A stretch of DNA of 28,987 nucleotides from Anthoceros angustus (taxonomy: Eukaryota > Plantae > Anthocerotophyta), in NCBI GenBank assembly GCA_010909165.1, contig VJWM01000372.1:1-28987 (forward strand). The letters run 5' to 3'. Below are positions 10,760 to 19,717 of this stretch, piece after piece (position 1 is the first letter of the stretch; each line of letters begins with the position of its first letter). The notes beneath the pieces are model-generated. The model saw only the letters and a program-made list of their open reading frames with translations, made no database searches and had not been told where the DNA came from. A program made the position numbers and the translations under genes.

Positions 10760-11831
10760 GGCCCGCTCCCGTGCAAGAAACGATCCTATCGCATCTGCGA
10801 TCTCGGCCGGGTCCTCCGACAGGATTACGCTGAAGGCTGGTAAGCGCTTTACCAAGGATGCAAAGAACCGAAAACCTTCAGACGCATCGCCCGAGCTGGA
10901 GGACCGCTGAAGGGTGCAAGCGCTAGAGCCGCGGTATGGCTAGCCACGGGCTCTATACTGGTGCGCTTTGCCCGAGCGATCCGTGGGATCAAAATTGCGC
11001 GGATTTCCATCCTGTCCTTGAAGGCATGTGGGCATCAGACTTGCGGCGTCAAACTCGACCTTGCCGTGCAAGTTCCGTTTCGCGCCGATCAAGTCTGTTG
11101 CTTGAATTCCTGCCCGACGAAGTCCGTCCTCATCTTGCTTAAAGGTCTTGAAGGCCGAATAGGCTGCCACCGCCGCACCTTGTTCGACGAGGACATAGTC
11201 GTCGCCGACGCTGTCAAGCCATTCATGAAGCCCGCTAGCGTAGTGCCAGATTTTCCCGACCCGCTCGGGCCGACGATCAGGCTCCGTTGATCCCAAGCGT
11301 AGCAGCGTGCGTTAGGCGCTTGCCAATCCTCGCCTGAGCCCAATGCACGAAGAGGCGCAGCGGCGATCCAAGCTCCCAGGGGAATGTCCAACGGTCCGGG
11401 CAATGTATGAACACCAACGGCGGCGCCACTATCGTAGAATTGCCAAGACGGAGCGTCGTGATGATAAAAGCCGCGCCTATCGCCGGCAGCCAGGATACGT
11501 TCGAATTCGCGACGAGAAACCCGATTCTTCGTCCCATATCGCTGGCGGGTCCCACTCTTCTGCTTCCGCATCCAGCGCGAAAATTTCTGCTGCTTGCTGG
11601 AAAGGCGCCTCACTGTGATGCTGGACAAGCATCGACTCACAAACCTCCGCAAGCCCCTTACTTGTAGAACCAAACCGTCATGTCGAGCCGCGCCAAGCTC
11701 AAGTCGCGCCGAATCAAGCGCTCTCTGGGAAGCGCTCGGCAGCCCTTAGTCGGTCGTTAGCGTAGGCAAGGAGATTGGCCGAGGATACCTTGAACGGGAC
11801 ATTCACTTGGTCGGTCCGTTGCCGCTGTCAT
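10749..11831 (-). CDS. HPr kinase-related serine kinase; frameshifted as read
   Basis: LTHAATLGING..LIVGPSGSGKSGTTL (conserved His plus Walker A) followed by VGDDYVLV (the DD motif of the HprK family). Confidence 0.82.
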
Positions 11832-12255
11832 ATGACTGAGGCCTCGGTGCAGGCCATCCAGCTTGCTCATCGACGTCATGAATGGGGTCGGCAAAGATAA
11901 GCTCCGCCAAATCATCGAAAATCTCGATCTTTGAGGTTCTCCGGTCCAACTCTCGCTCAAAGCGGCTGAGAGATTGGGTTCGCTACCTTCTTGCGGACGA
12001 ATTAGCTTCAGTTCAAGTAGCTTATCGATGAAACGGTTGGCCTCGTCACCCAACTCTGGCCGGTGTTGCCCGTCCTATCAAAGATGGCCTGCGGCGTTTG
12101 ACCTGCAAGCAGATTGTTCCAACGGTCGATGCGATACCACCGAGACTGAAATAACGACCATCCGACAAGTTCAATATGACAATCTGCCCGCCGAAATCTT
12201 CGGAAACGACGTCAGGCGCGCTAATCGCATATATTCTATCGGGCAGAACTGGCAT
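11803..12255 (-). CDS. PqqD-family / RiPP recognition element (RRE) protein with a C-terminal DPIHDVDxxxGWP tail; frameshifted as read
   Basis: PDVVSEDFGGQIVILNLSDGRYFSLGGIAS (RRE three-stranded sheet), ANRFIDKLLELKLI (last helix), then KIEIFDDLAELIFADPIHDVDEQAGWP. Confidence 0.82.
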
Positions 12256-13051
12256 CCCTGCCCTCTGAACCCAAGCCGAAACTCCGCAACCCGGGTATAC
12301 GACAGTTGTCGTTGCGGCAACAAGACGTGAAGCCGTTCGAAGGCAGCAGGCCAGTTAAGCGACCACCGAGGTGTTTGCCGTTACACGGTGGGAATTCAGG
12401 TGGTCTTCACTGCCGGCCAATCATAGGGGTTAAGGCGCGATGGTTTCAGATTGATATCGCATTCCGAGCGCCGCAGACGAACGGCACACGCAGCGGCGTC
12501 GAACTTCGATCGTTATGGAACGGCAAGGCAGACGCTCATCCCTGCAGTCTGTTCCTGTTCGGGAATCGTTTCACAGGGTTCCATTGGGCTTCGCTAGCCT
12601 TTGCGGCTCCTCTTTACAACGCATCACGCTTGTTCCTTGTCTCGCATACGTGGTCGATAGAACACATCAGGCGGCAAAGAAGCTGCGTGAACAAGCGGCA
12701 CCATCGATTCGTTAATAGGCACCATCGGATCGTGATCATGCGCAGTACGGCAAAGGAGGTTGCGACTCGTGCACGGGAAGCGGCTGCCTATGCACTACGT
12801 CCACGTTAACAGCCCGACCGAGTGGCACAGATGTCGTGGTCGCAGGCGATGCGAGTTGTGGAGATTTGGGCGAAAGTTCCGCTCGCGCAGGTTCTTCTCG
12901 AGTCATGGAACGAATGGAGACATGATCGGTAATACGTTGTTGTCGCAGGGCGCGTCGAGCACCGCCGATCAGCATTGCATTGCACGAGCCGTTGGCTAAT
13001 TTGCTCCTTGGGACCGGCGGGATGGCAGCTTCCGCGGTTCAAGGAGCGTCC

Positions 13052-14044
13052 ATGAATCCGCGGCATCCCGCGCAGTCGTAGTCGTGGCGAATGATGCGTT
13101 CATCGACTATTTCATCCCTTTCCTTGAAAGCTTCCGCGAACACCCGATCCTCAGGCTAATCGTCGTCCCTTTCGACGACGACACCAAGCTCGTTCGGCTT
13201 CTGGCGCCTGTCTACAATTTCGAGATGTATGATGGGCCCGTCGAGAAGATCGACCAACTTGCGGACATGATCTTCGGCGACGACGCACTCCGGCGGCGCA
13301 AAGCTGATCGCTTTGACCTGGATCTTAACGAGTTCCTCTACATCGACACGGATATTCTGGTCGGAATGGACCTCAGCGTGTTCTTCGGACACACGGTCAA
13401 TGGAGAGGCTGATCTGGTCTTCGTCACCAATGGCGGCGATTGGGTCTACAAAGCTGATACGGCGCAGCTGCTCGATTTCGATTACTCGACCCGTTTCGGC
13501 ACGGCGATGTTTGTCTCCAGCCACCGGAGAATGACGGTGGAAGACATTGCAGCAGTGATGTGCTCGCATAGGGACTTGTTCCTCGAAGTGAAGGTCGACA
13601 ATCTCTTCGATCAGCCGTTGCTCAACTTCTTTGTTCACGCGACAAAAGGACGGCGCGATCAGGGCGGGACCTCGGCGTGAACTTCGTATTTGGTGATCCC
13701 CTGTTCAACGACGCTGTCATAGTGCGCAATGGAAGCCTATGATCGGGGCAAGACAAGTCACGCTGACCCATTGGTCCGGGCCGCGGAAGTTCGCCCGCAA
13801 GGTGAGGTTTGCAAGCCTTCTGAGACCCTATGTCCGACGGGCACAGGGACGCCTGCAACACCTCCCCGAATTTAAGAGGTGGTCTCCCTTCGCCAGAAAG
13901 GGAATAGCAGCAAGACTTGCCCAGAAGGCATCGAAACTCGTGCATCGATCGCGGCTAGGCCTCGCTCAATTCAAAGCGGCTTTATCGCTCGGCGTCAGAA
14001 GGCCACGACTTACTGGAAAGGGCACTGCAGGCGTGGTCTCCACA
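13052..14044 (+). CDS. GT-A fold glycosyltransferase, GT8-like; possibly the N-terminal part of a fusion with the next domain
   Basis: AAGGAG RBS before the ATG at 13052. VVVANDAFIDYF, FLYIDTDILV (DxD), FDQPLLNF and LTHWSG match GT8-type motifs. Confidence 0.72.
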
Positions 14045-14045
14045 G

Positions 14046-14591
14046 GCGCAACTCACTCCCATGCAGGCCGAGATCATCGGCTCGCTTCTGACTTACCGCA
14101 ACTTTCGCGCCAATCTGCTCATATTCGGCGCGGGACATGACACGCCATACTGGACTGCACTGAACGCCCACGGACATACGCTGATTGTCGAGGAAGATGC
14201 CGACTGGGCCGGCAAGGTAGAGCGCAGGCTGAATTCCGGTTCACTTGTCCGTTATGTCTACCGACCACGGTCGCGGATACTGTAAAGCCAGATCCGGCAA
14301 AGCTCGACACCCTTCTGGAACCGCCGGGACTGCGCGACGCGGGTGGGACGTAATACTGATTGATGGTCCCACAGGCTACGCGGACGGCAAACCCGGGCGC
14401 GCGCTTGATCTACTGGGCATCCAAGTACGCTAATCCAACAACACATGTCTTCGTGGATGATTTTGAACGACCACTGGAGAAGACCTATTGCGAGTTCTTC
14501 TTCGGCGGCGATCCGCGTGGTTACTCTGCCCTCACATAGCGGCGCTCAGATGTTCTGGCGGGTCGGCGAGGGGCTCCTAGGCAAGGCGTGA
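14046..14591 (+). CDS. DUF579 / Polysacc_synt_4 domain (plant GXM glucuronoxylan methyltransferase-like); frameshifted as read
   Basis: NLLIFGAGHDTPYWTALNAHGHTLIVEEDADW, WDVILIDGPTGYADGKPGR and HVFVDDFERPLE closely parallel the plant GXM/IRX15 motifs as I recall them (NFLVFGLGHDS..W..LN.GG.T.FLEED..W; WD.IMVDAPTGY....PGR; VFVHD..R..E). Confidence 0.75.
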
Positions 14592-14604
14592 GCCCCGGCG
14601 TCGA

Positions 14605-14885
14605 ATGCTTGCACAGCCATTCTTGAAGCCAGTCCACGTATGGGGCGGACTTGGCTTTCCCAGGCGACTGAACACGGTTGCCGACGCCTGCCAGTTCGCG
14701 TCGGAGTGGGGCGGCAACAGTCCTGAGCAGCAGGCAGTCCGCGCCTGTAAGGCCGCACTCGCTGGCGAGATCGACACAGAAACCGCACGGGCGTGTTCAC
14801 CGCCTTCGCGAGGAGGAAAGACATTCTGGTCGAAGACGAGACGATCCCGTTCGTGGCGAAGAATTCGCGGGCACGTCACGTGTAA
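14605..14885 (+). CDS. DUF982 family protein, copy 1
   Basis: MLAQPFLKPVHVW..LGFPRRLNTVADA.QF..EW...AVRACKAALAGEIDTETAR..FTAFARRKDILVED is a typical rhizobial DUF982 pattern. Confidence 0.8.
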
Positions 14886-15320
14886 TAAAAGGGGCGTCAG
14901 CCCAATGGATGCCGCCCTTCGTTTTCTGGTCCAATGGATGGCTTCAGGAATCTTCATCATCACGCTGGCGGCCAGCCTGGCGTTGGCTGGCTACCTGCTC
15001 GCCGGGTGTTCGGCCTCATTCCATAGGCCTCAGCCCGGCCACCTTCTCACGTCTGATCGTATCTCGCCGCCGCTTGGCTCTCGAGATGATGCCGACAGCC
15101 AAGTGAGCCCACATCGCCAGCACGAGCACAACTCCACCGATCAGAATTGGGCGAATGACCTGCCATGGACATAGTGGTGAACCAGCGCTACTCGATCCAC
15201 GCTGCGGCAAGTAGCGCTGCAGCGGCTGTAAAATCCTCGATGCCCTAATTCATGCTGATCGCCCTGGTTCGATCTGGTTATTGTGCCGCAGTACGATCCA
15301 GCGCGCCAACCGAGAATCGC

Positions 15321-15485
15321 ATGAGACCGATCACGACCAATGTAGGCAAGATGCGTGAGCTTCTATCGGACGTTACGTCAGAGATGCATCCCGGCGACTA
15401 CACAGACACTCTAGTGAATTTGGTCTACTACGCGCTCGCCGAGGCAGAGCGAATTGCCAGCTGCTCAACGACAACACAGCGCTGA
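15321..15485 (+). CDS. Small hypothetical protein (MRPITTNVGKMRELLSDV...)
   Basis: Helical, protein-like 54-aa ORF with a GAGAA purine run upstream. Confidence 0.35.
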   Translation: MRPITTNVGKMRELLSDVTSEMHPGDYTDTLVNLVYYALAEAERIASCSTTTQR

Positions 15486-15901
15486 TTCATATGGTCCGAG
15501 AGATCAGAATCCGTGGCGTCAACGCACGTGCCGCCAGGTAAGCGGATCAACTGATCAGGCTGGCTTCATCATCGGCGCCGCAGGCGAGGCCCAACCTGCG
15601 ACCGGCCCTCTTCCTGCGAACGATTGCTTCGACTGCGCGGCGTCCATACCGCGCTACCCTGAATACGCCTGTTCCGACACACTTAGCTGCCACTACCGAT
15701 CTCGACTATGCGGCCGAACACGTGTGCCGTGCCGACAATGCTTTGGGCACCTACGAACCGGCTGAAGAGCGCTAAGCGGAGCGGCGACTGAACTCGAACG
15801 GCGCGCCGCTTTGCGCGCAACGCGAGCTTGCAACCACACTAGCAATGGTGAGGACATCGTTCTCTGCTTTAGCTGCTGTGTTAATTTGGAGGACTATCTT
15901 G

Positions 15902-16212
15902 GTGAGAAATCTATCGATCATGGCGATCGCTGCGTTGATGGTTGCAAGCTTCGAGCATTCTGCGTCTGGCGCGTCGATCGGTGCGGGCAATCCCTATCCC
16001 GTCAGTACACGTGCGAGGACGGCACGCGTCTGGCAGTGCGTCTTTTCGATGATCGCGCTTCGGTATCCGTCAACGACGCAGTCGCAGTCGATCTGCCCTC
16101 CATGGGGCCGGAGGGACGACCTATTCGAAGGCCAGCAGACGCTGACCATCGTACAGGGGCGCCTATCGTGGGGCGTTGGCGGAGCCGTGCCGTCCGCATG
16201 CATCGGGGTTGA
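15902..16212 (+). CDS. Exported protein, MliC/PliC (lysozyme inhibitor)-like; frameshifted as read
   Basis: GGAGGA RBS and a signal-like N-terminus (RNLSIMAIAALMVAS). YTCEDGTRLAVRLFDDRASV...VDLPSMG...QTLTIVQG...SAC has the two-Cys MliC-like layout. Confidence 0.5.
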
Positions 16213-16530
16213 GCGTCTCATTTCGCTGCAAGATATTGATATCCAGAACATCTGTTCGGCCGCGGTCTGTGTCGACTTGGAAGGTACACCCGAAAGTCGC
16301 GTCAGCCTGGCGCATCGGTCCGGTAAGTTCGGTAGTGCCTCCACCATTTTTGAGCGCGACGCGAAGCGATGATTTGAAGCCGAACATCGCGCCGCATGGG
16401 CATGCCGCGTCACAACGCGACGGAACTCATGATGCCCACTGCGGCGCTCGTAGGTTCCATGCGGGCGCCTCAGCCCGCGGAATGAAATCGCTCGGCTGCA
16501 CGAGTAACCGATCACAGTCAGTCTCGACAT
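16163..16530 (-). CDS. Hypothetical protein; frameshifted as read
   Basis: Protein-like C-terminal segment FKSSLRVALKNGGGTTELTGPMRQADATFGCTFQVDTDRGRTDVLDINIL. No family recognised. Confidence 0.3.
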
Positions 16531-16581
16531 GCTGCCGATACACCAAAAATCTAACTCTTCTGCCCGTGTTGGAACAGGGAG

Positions 16582-17041
16582 ATGCTTGATGAATCATCGC
16601 GAAATTGCGTCCTCGTTGAACGGACGCGTGTGGACATTGATCGAGAAATCAACCGGACTGCTGACGAAACCGATGAGATGATTCAAGCGGCACGCCAGCC
16701 TATGGCATTGGTTGCAGGTGGTGGCCTGGTTGAACGCCAGCGTGGCGAATGGCTGGTCGGCCGGGCCTATCTGATGGCTGGTGACGCGGTGACAGCGCAG
16801 CGTTACGCGCAGAGCGCCTGCTGGCGGCTCACACCCCATACTTTCGAAGATTTCGACCACGCGTATGCGCACGAGTTGCGCGCGTTTTTGCGATGAGCGG
16901 AAACGCCGAACTCGCTATGTCACATCACGCCCAGGCGATGCGTCTTGGGCAGGCGATCGTTGATCATGCCGATCGCAATCTTTTCTTCAAGACATCGCAC
17001 ACGGTCCGTGGTTTGGGATGACCATGCAAGCGCATGTCTGA
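16582..17041 (+). CDS. Conserved hypothetical helical protein; frameshifted as read
   Basis: RTADETDEMIQAA.ASLWHW..VGG...QRGEWLVGRAY...DFDHAYAHE...AIVDHADRNLFF.DI..GPWFG. AGGGAG RBS. Confidence 0.6.
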
Positions 17042-17246
17042 CGGGAGCGCACCTAGTCCGAGCAACGAGCCATGACGGCTTCCCACCAGCCGGACTCGGC
17101 CGATGCTGTGCTGCTTCCTCCTTCACGTCGGGATAGCCACCCCTTGAAACGGCGGAAACGTGTCACAAATTTTTCTACGGCCATGTCCTGCAAAGGCTGC
17201 CATCAAACCAGCGCCGGATCGCCGGCCAAGAGCCAAGGAGGTATCT

Positions 17247-17526
17247 ATGCTTGCACAGCCATTCTTGAAGCCAGTCCACGTATGGGTCGGACTTGGCTTT
17301 CCCAGGCGACTGAACACGGTTGCCGACGCCTACCAGTTCGCGTCAGGTGGGGCGGCAACAGTCCTGAGCAGCGGGCAGCAGTCCGCGCCTGTAAGGCCAC
17401 ACTCGCTGGCGAGATCGACACAGAAACCGCACGGGGCGTGTTCACCGCCTTCGCGAGGAAAGACATTCTGGTCGAAGACGAGACGATCCGTTCGTGGCGA
17501 AGAATTCGCGGGCACGTCACGTCTGA
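17247..17526 (+). CDS. DUF982 family protein, copy 2
   Basis: AAGGAGG RBS. Near-identical in nucleotide sequence to 14605-14885. Confidence 0.82.
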
Positions 17527-17533
17527 GTTACCT

Positions 17534-17560
17534 AAGGCGCCGGACGCTGCGGCGCCCTTC
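17534..17560. terminator. GC-rich hairpin between convergent genes, possible terminator
   Basis: GGCGCCG (17536-17542) and CGGCGCC (17550-17556) form an inverted repeat just after the DUF982 stop. Confidence 0.45.
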
Positions 17561-17654
17561 AATTTGAGTTGAACCGAGACGTATGGGCACATCCGGGCGC
17601 TTCAGCTGCGGGCGCAGTGTAGTGATCAGTGCCACCACCTGCTTTCCGAATTTG

Positions 17655-18540
17655 CTATGGCGGCGGCATGATACGCGTCCGTCGGCCAAATCGAATGCGA
17701 TGCTCCACAACCCGGCCGTGGGGCGCTGACCCGTCGCTGGTCCAAGACTCGCATTGGTGCTGCAGCCTTATGAGGCTACCCGCAACGTCTAGCCGAACGC
17801 CAGGCCGCTTGCCGAAAACCCTGAGCACCATTGCAAGCTGATGCCTTGTCCAAGTCACTTGGACTATGGGTTGAGGCACGGCTCGGGCGGCGTACCGATA
17901 TGTACCTTCCGGTTGCGCGATGGCAACGAGATCACCGGTACAGTATCTGGGCACCGCACGCCGCAACATTGTGGCGATCGCATCTTCCATAAACGTGCGC
18001 ACGTCGCTCGCATTGCTGGCATCCGACATCGCCGCCTGAGCGATAATAGGGCCTGTGTCGAATTGATCGGTCATCTCGTGCAGCGTCATGCCGCCGTATT
18101 GTTCCCACGCATTGTCCAGCGCAATCCAATGTAAAGGTTTAGGGCCGTGGTAGTGCGGAAGCAGAGCAGGATGGAAATTCAGCAGCCCATGGGGAAATAC
18201 GGAACGTATGTGAGCAGGAATGAGGCGCGGAAACCCGAAGCAGATCCCGATATCCGGCCTGTCACGTTGAAGTTGCTCGCGAAGTTGTTCCCAATCTGGC
18301 GAGGACATGTTGATGAGACGGATATGGTTGCGGCGTAGCAACTTCAGAAGCGACCATCGAATTCTTAGCCAACGGAAGGGATGCCTTAGCGCCGTGGGCC
18401 AGCGCTGCCGATAAAACACGACGGCGGCCAAGTGATGTCCTTCTTCCAGCCATGCTTTGATTATCACCGACGCGGGGAAGATAACTCAAGAAACAGGATT
18501 GCCGACAATTTCCGGCTGGGCAACGTCGACTTTGCTCCAT
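17655..18540 (-). CDS. Formyltransferase (Fmt/ArnA N-terminal-like, N10-formyl-THF dependent)
   Basis: PDIGICFGFPRLIP, LLNFHPALLPHYHGPKPLHW and GMTLHEMTDQFDTGPIIAQ are Formyl_trans_N motifs. The start is placed at the ATG at 18540 across a frameshift. Confidence 0.85.
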
Positions 18541-18584
18541 TGAGTTCAGCTCCGTGCACCGATTTTTACTCGCTTTTTGTCGAG

Positions 18585-18615
18585 GTTGACCGCGATAAGG
18601 CGGCCACATTATAGG
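18585..18615 (+). promoter_or_regulatory. Possible sigma70-type promoter upstream of the peptide gene
   Basis: TTGACC (18586-18591), then 17 nt, then TTATAG (18609-18614). Confidence 0.3.
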
Positions 18616-18699
18616 ATCTCGTTGACGAAGCTTATGACCGGTGTCCCGGACTGAGCTGTGATGTATACATAACGCTCACTGCACATATCGAGGATGCGA

Positions 18700-18831
18700 A
18701 TGAAAAGAAGCTACGAAAAGCCCGTGTTTGTTCGTCGCCAGAAACTAAGCTGTATCACGGCTTTGAGCGAGGGCTCGTTAGAGCCAAAGGTTCCGACGAA
18801 GTTTGAGCTTTCCCAGCGGCTGCGTCGCTGA
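18700..18831 (+). CDS. Putative RiPP precursor with a lasso-type leader (MKRSYEKPVFVRRQKLSCITA-LSEGSLEPKVP...)
   Basis: GAGGA RBS 5 nt before the ATG. YxxPxF RRE-binding motif and an LSxITA leader end. Below the ORF-track length cutoff. One missing base would give ...KVPDEV* ending near 18806. Confidence 0.72.
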   Translation: MKRSYEKPVFVRRQKLSCITALSEGSLEPKVPTKFELSQRLRR

Positions 18832-18892
18832 GCAGCCCGCAAGCCGATTCTGCTGGTTGGCGTCGGCGAACCGCTGTTGGTTAGTTAGAGCT

Positions 18893-19336
18893 TCAGTCGC
18901 AGTCGCTCTGAACTTCGGATACCGCGCTTTCGTATTCCGAATGCGCGGAACGCGTACGCCGCATTTCGCTTGAGCAGTCATCACTCTCAAATTCCTTGTT
19001 CTCAGCACAGCGAATTAGACGCTGTGCCGTTGAGACTAGCTGCTCGGACGCATCATCCGCGTCGTCGTAAGCGTCCTTGCACTCGGAGAGGCATTATCTG
19101 GCGCGTCGGATTCAAGCGCACGAGAGATGAACAGTACTTCTTGCCTTCAATTTCCGACAGTGACTGAAACTGAATTTCTCCGGCGAGTACTCGCCGGTAA
19201 TTCTCGTAACCCGCTGGAAATTGAACTTATCGCCAGCCGCGGACACCGGACCGCAAGTGACTGCTATTAGAAAAGTTGCCGCGATGGCGATCAACTGCGC
19301 CCTAGAGCTCGGTAATGCCCGATCGAAAATTCGCAT
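18893..19336 (-). CDS. Secreted Cys-containing hypothetical protein; frameshifted as read
   Basis: Signal peptide-like AQLIAIAATFLIAVTCGPVSA. C-terminal helical CKDAYDDADDASEQLVSTAQRLIRCAENKEFESDDCSSEMRRTRSAHSEYESAVSEVQSDCD*. Confidence 0.55.
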
Positions 19337-19358
19337 CCTGCCCCCGCAAAACACGCCG

Positions 19359-19717
19359 TCAGCCCAACGTAAACGGTCGCAAGTGATTTAGTCCACTCAT
19401 TCGCATATGGCCGAGACGCTTCTCACCCGAATAGATTTCCGACAACGGGAACATGCGCAACCGGCCGAACTGCTGCCCGGGCCTGCGATGCCGCTCGCAT
19501 CGTCTGTTAGGCTCGAAGCGCTTTATCGACTTCGGTGTCTTGAACACGAAAAGTGCCTGGCACTGCGCGCAACTCGATCGCCATAAGGCCAATTTGCTCA
19601 TGGCGCCGTCCTTCGGCGCTCATAGCGCTCGAAGCCGATGCATTCATAACGCTGGCCGTCGTACTCGCGGACCTTTCGACCTTTGCCTCGATCATCGACC
19701 CGCTCGATCACCTTCAT
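19359..19717 (-). CDS. Phage hypothetical protein with CxxC; frameshifted as read
   Basis: ATGA overlap with the upstream gene. Contains YDGQRYECIGFERYERR..GAMSKLALWRSSCAQCQALFVFKTP...PNRRCERHR. Confidence 0.5.

Noticed and set aside
10622-10855. Apparent in-frame fusion of the kinase C-terminus to the first GT2
   Set aside because: One missing base would stop the kinase at the TAG near 10749, overlapping the GT2 ATG. It cannot be trusted at this error rate.
14605-17526. Composite transposon bounded by the ~280-bp direct repeats
   Set aside because: The repeats are DUF982 coding sequences with no terminal inverted repeats and no transposase.
17655-18540. Housekeeping methionyl-tRNA formyltransferase (fmt)
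   Set aside because: The N-terminus is divergent, there is no adjacent def, and the context is accessory, so the gene symbol is withheld.
6966-18831. A canonical lasso peptide or PQQ biosynthesis cluster
   Set aside because: No asparagine-synthetase-like cyclase, B2 protease, radical SAM PqqE, PqqB or PqqC is recognisable in the window.
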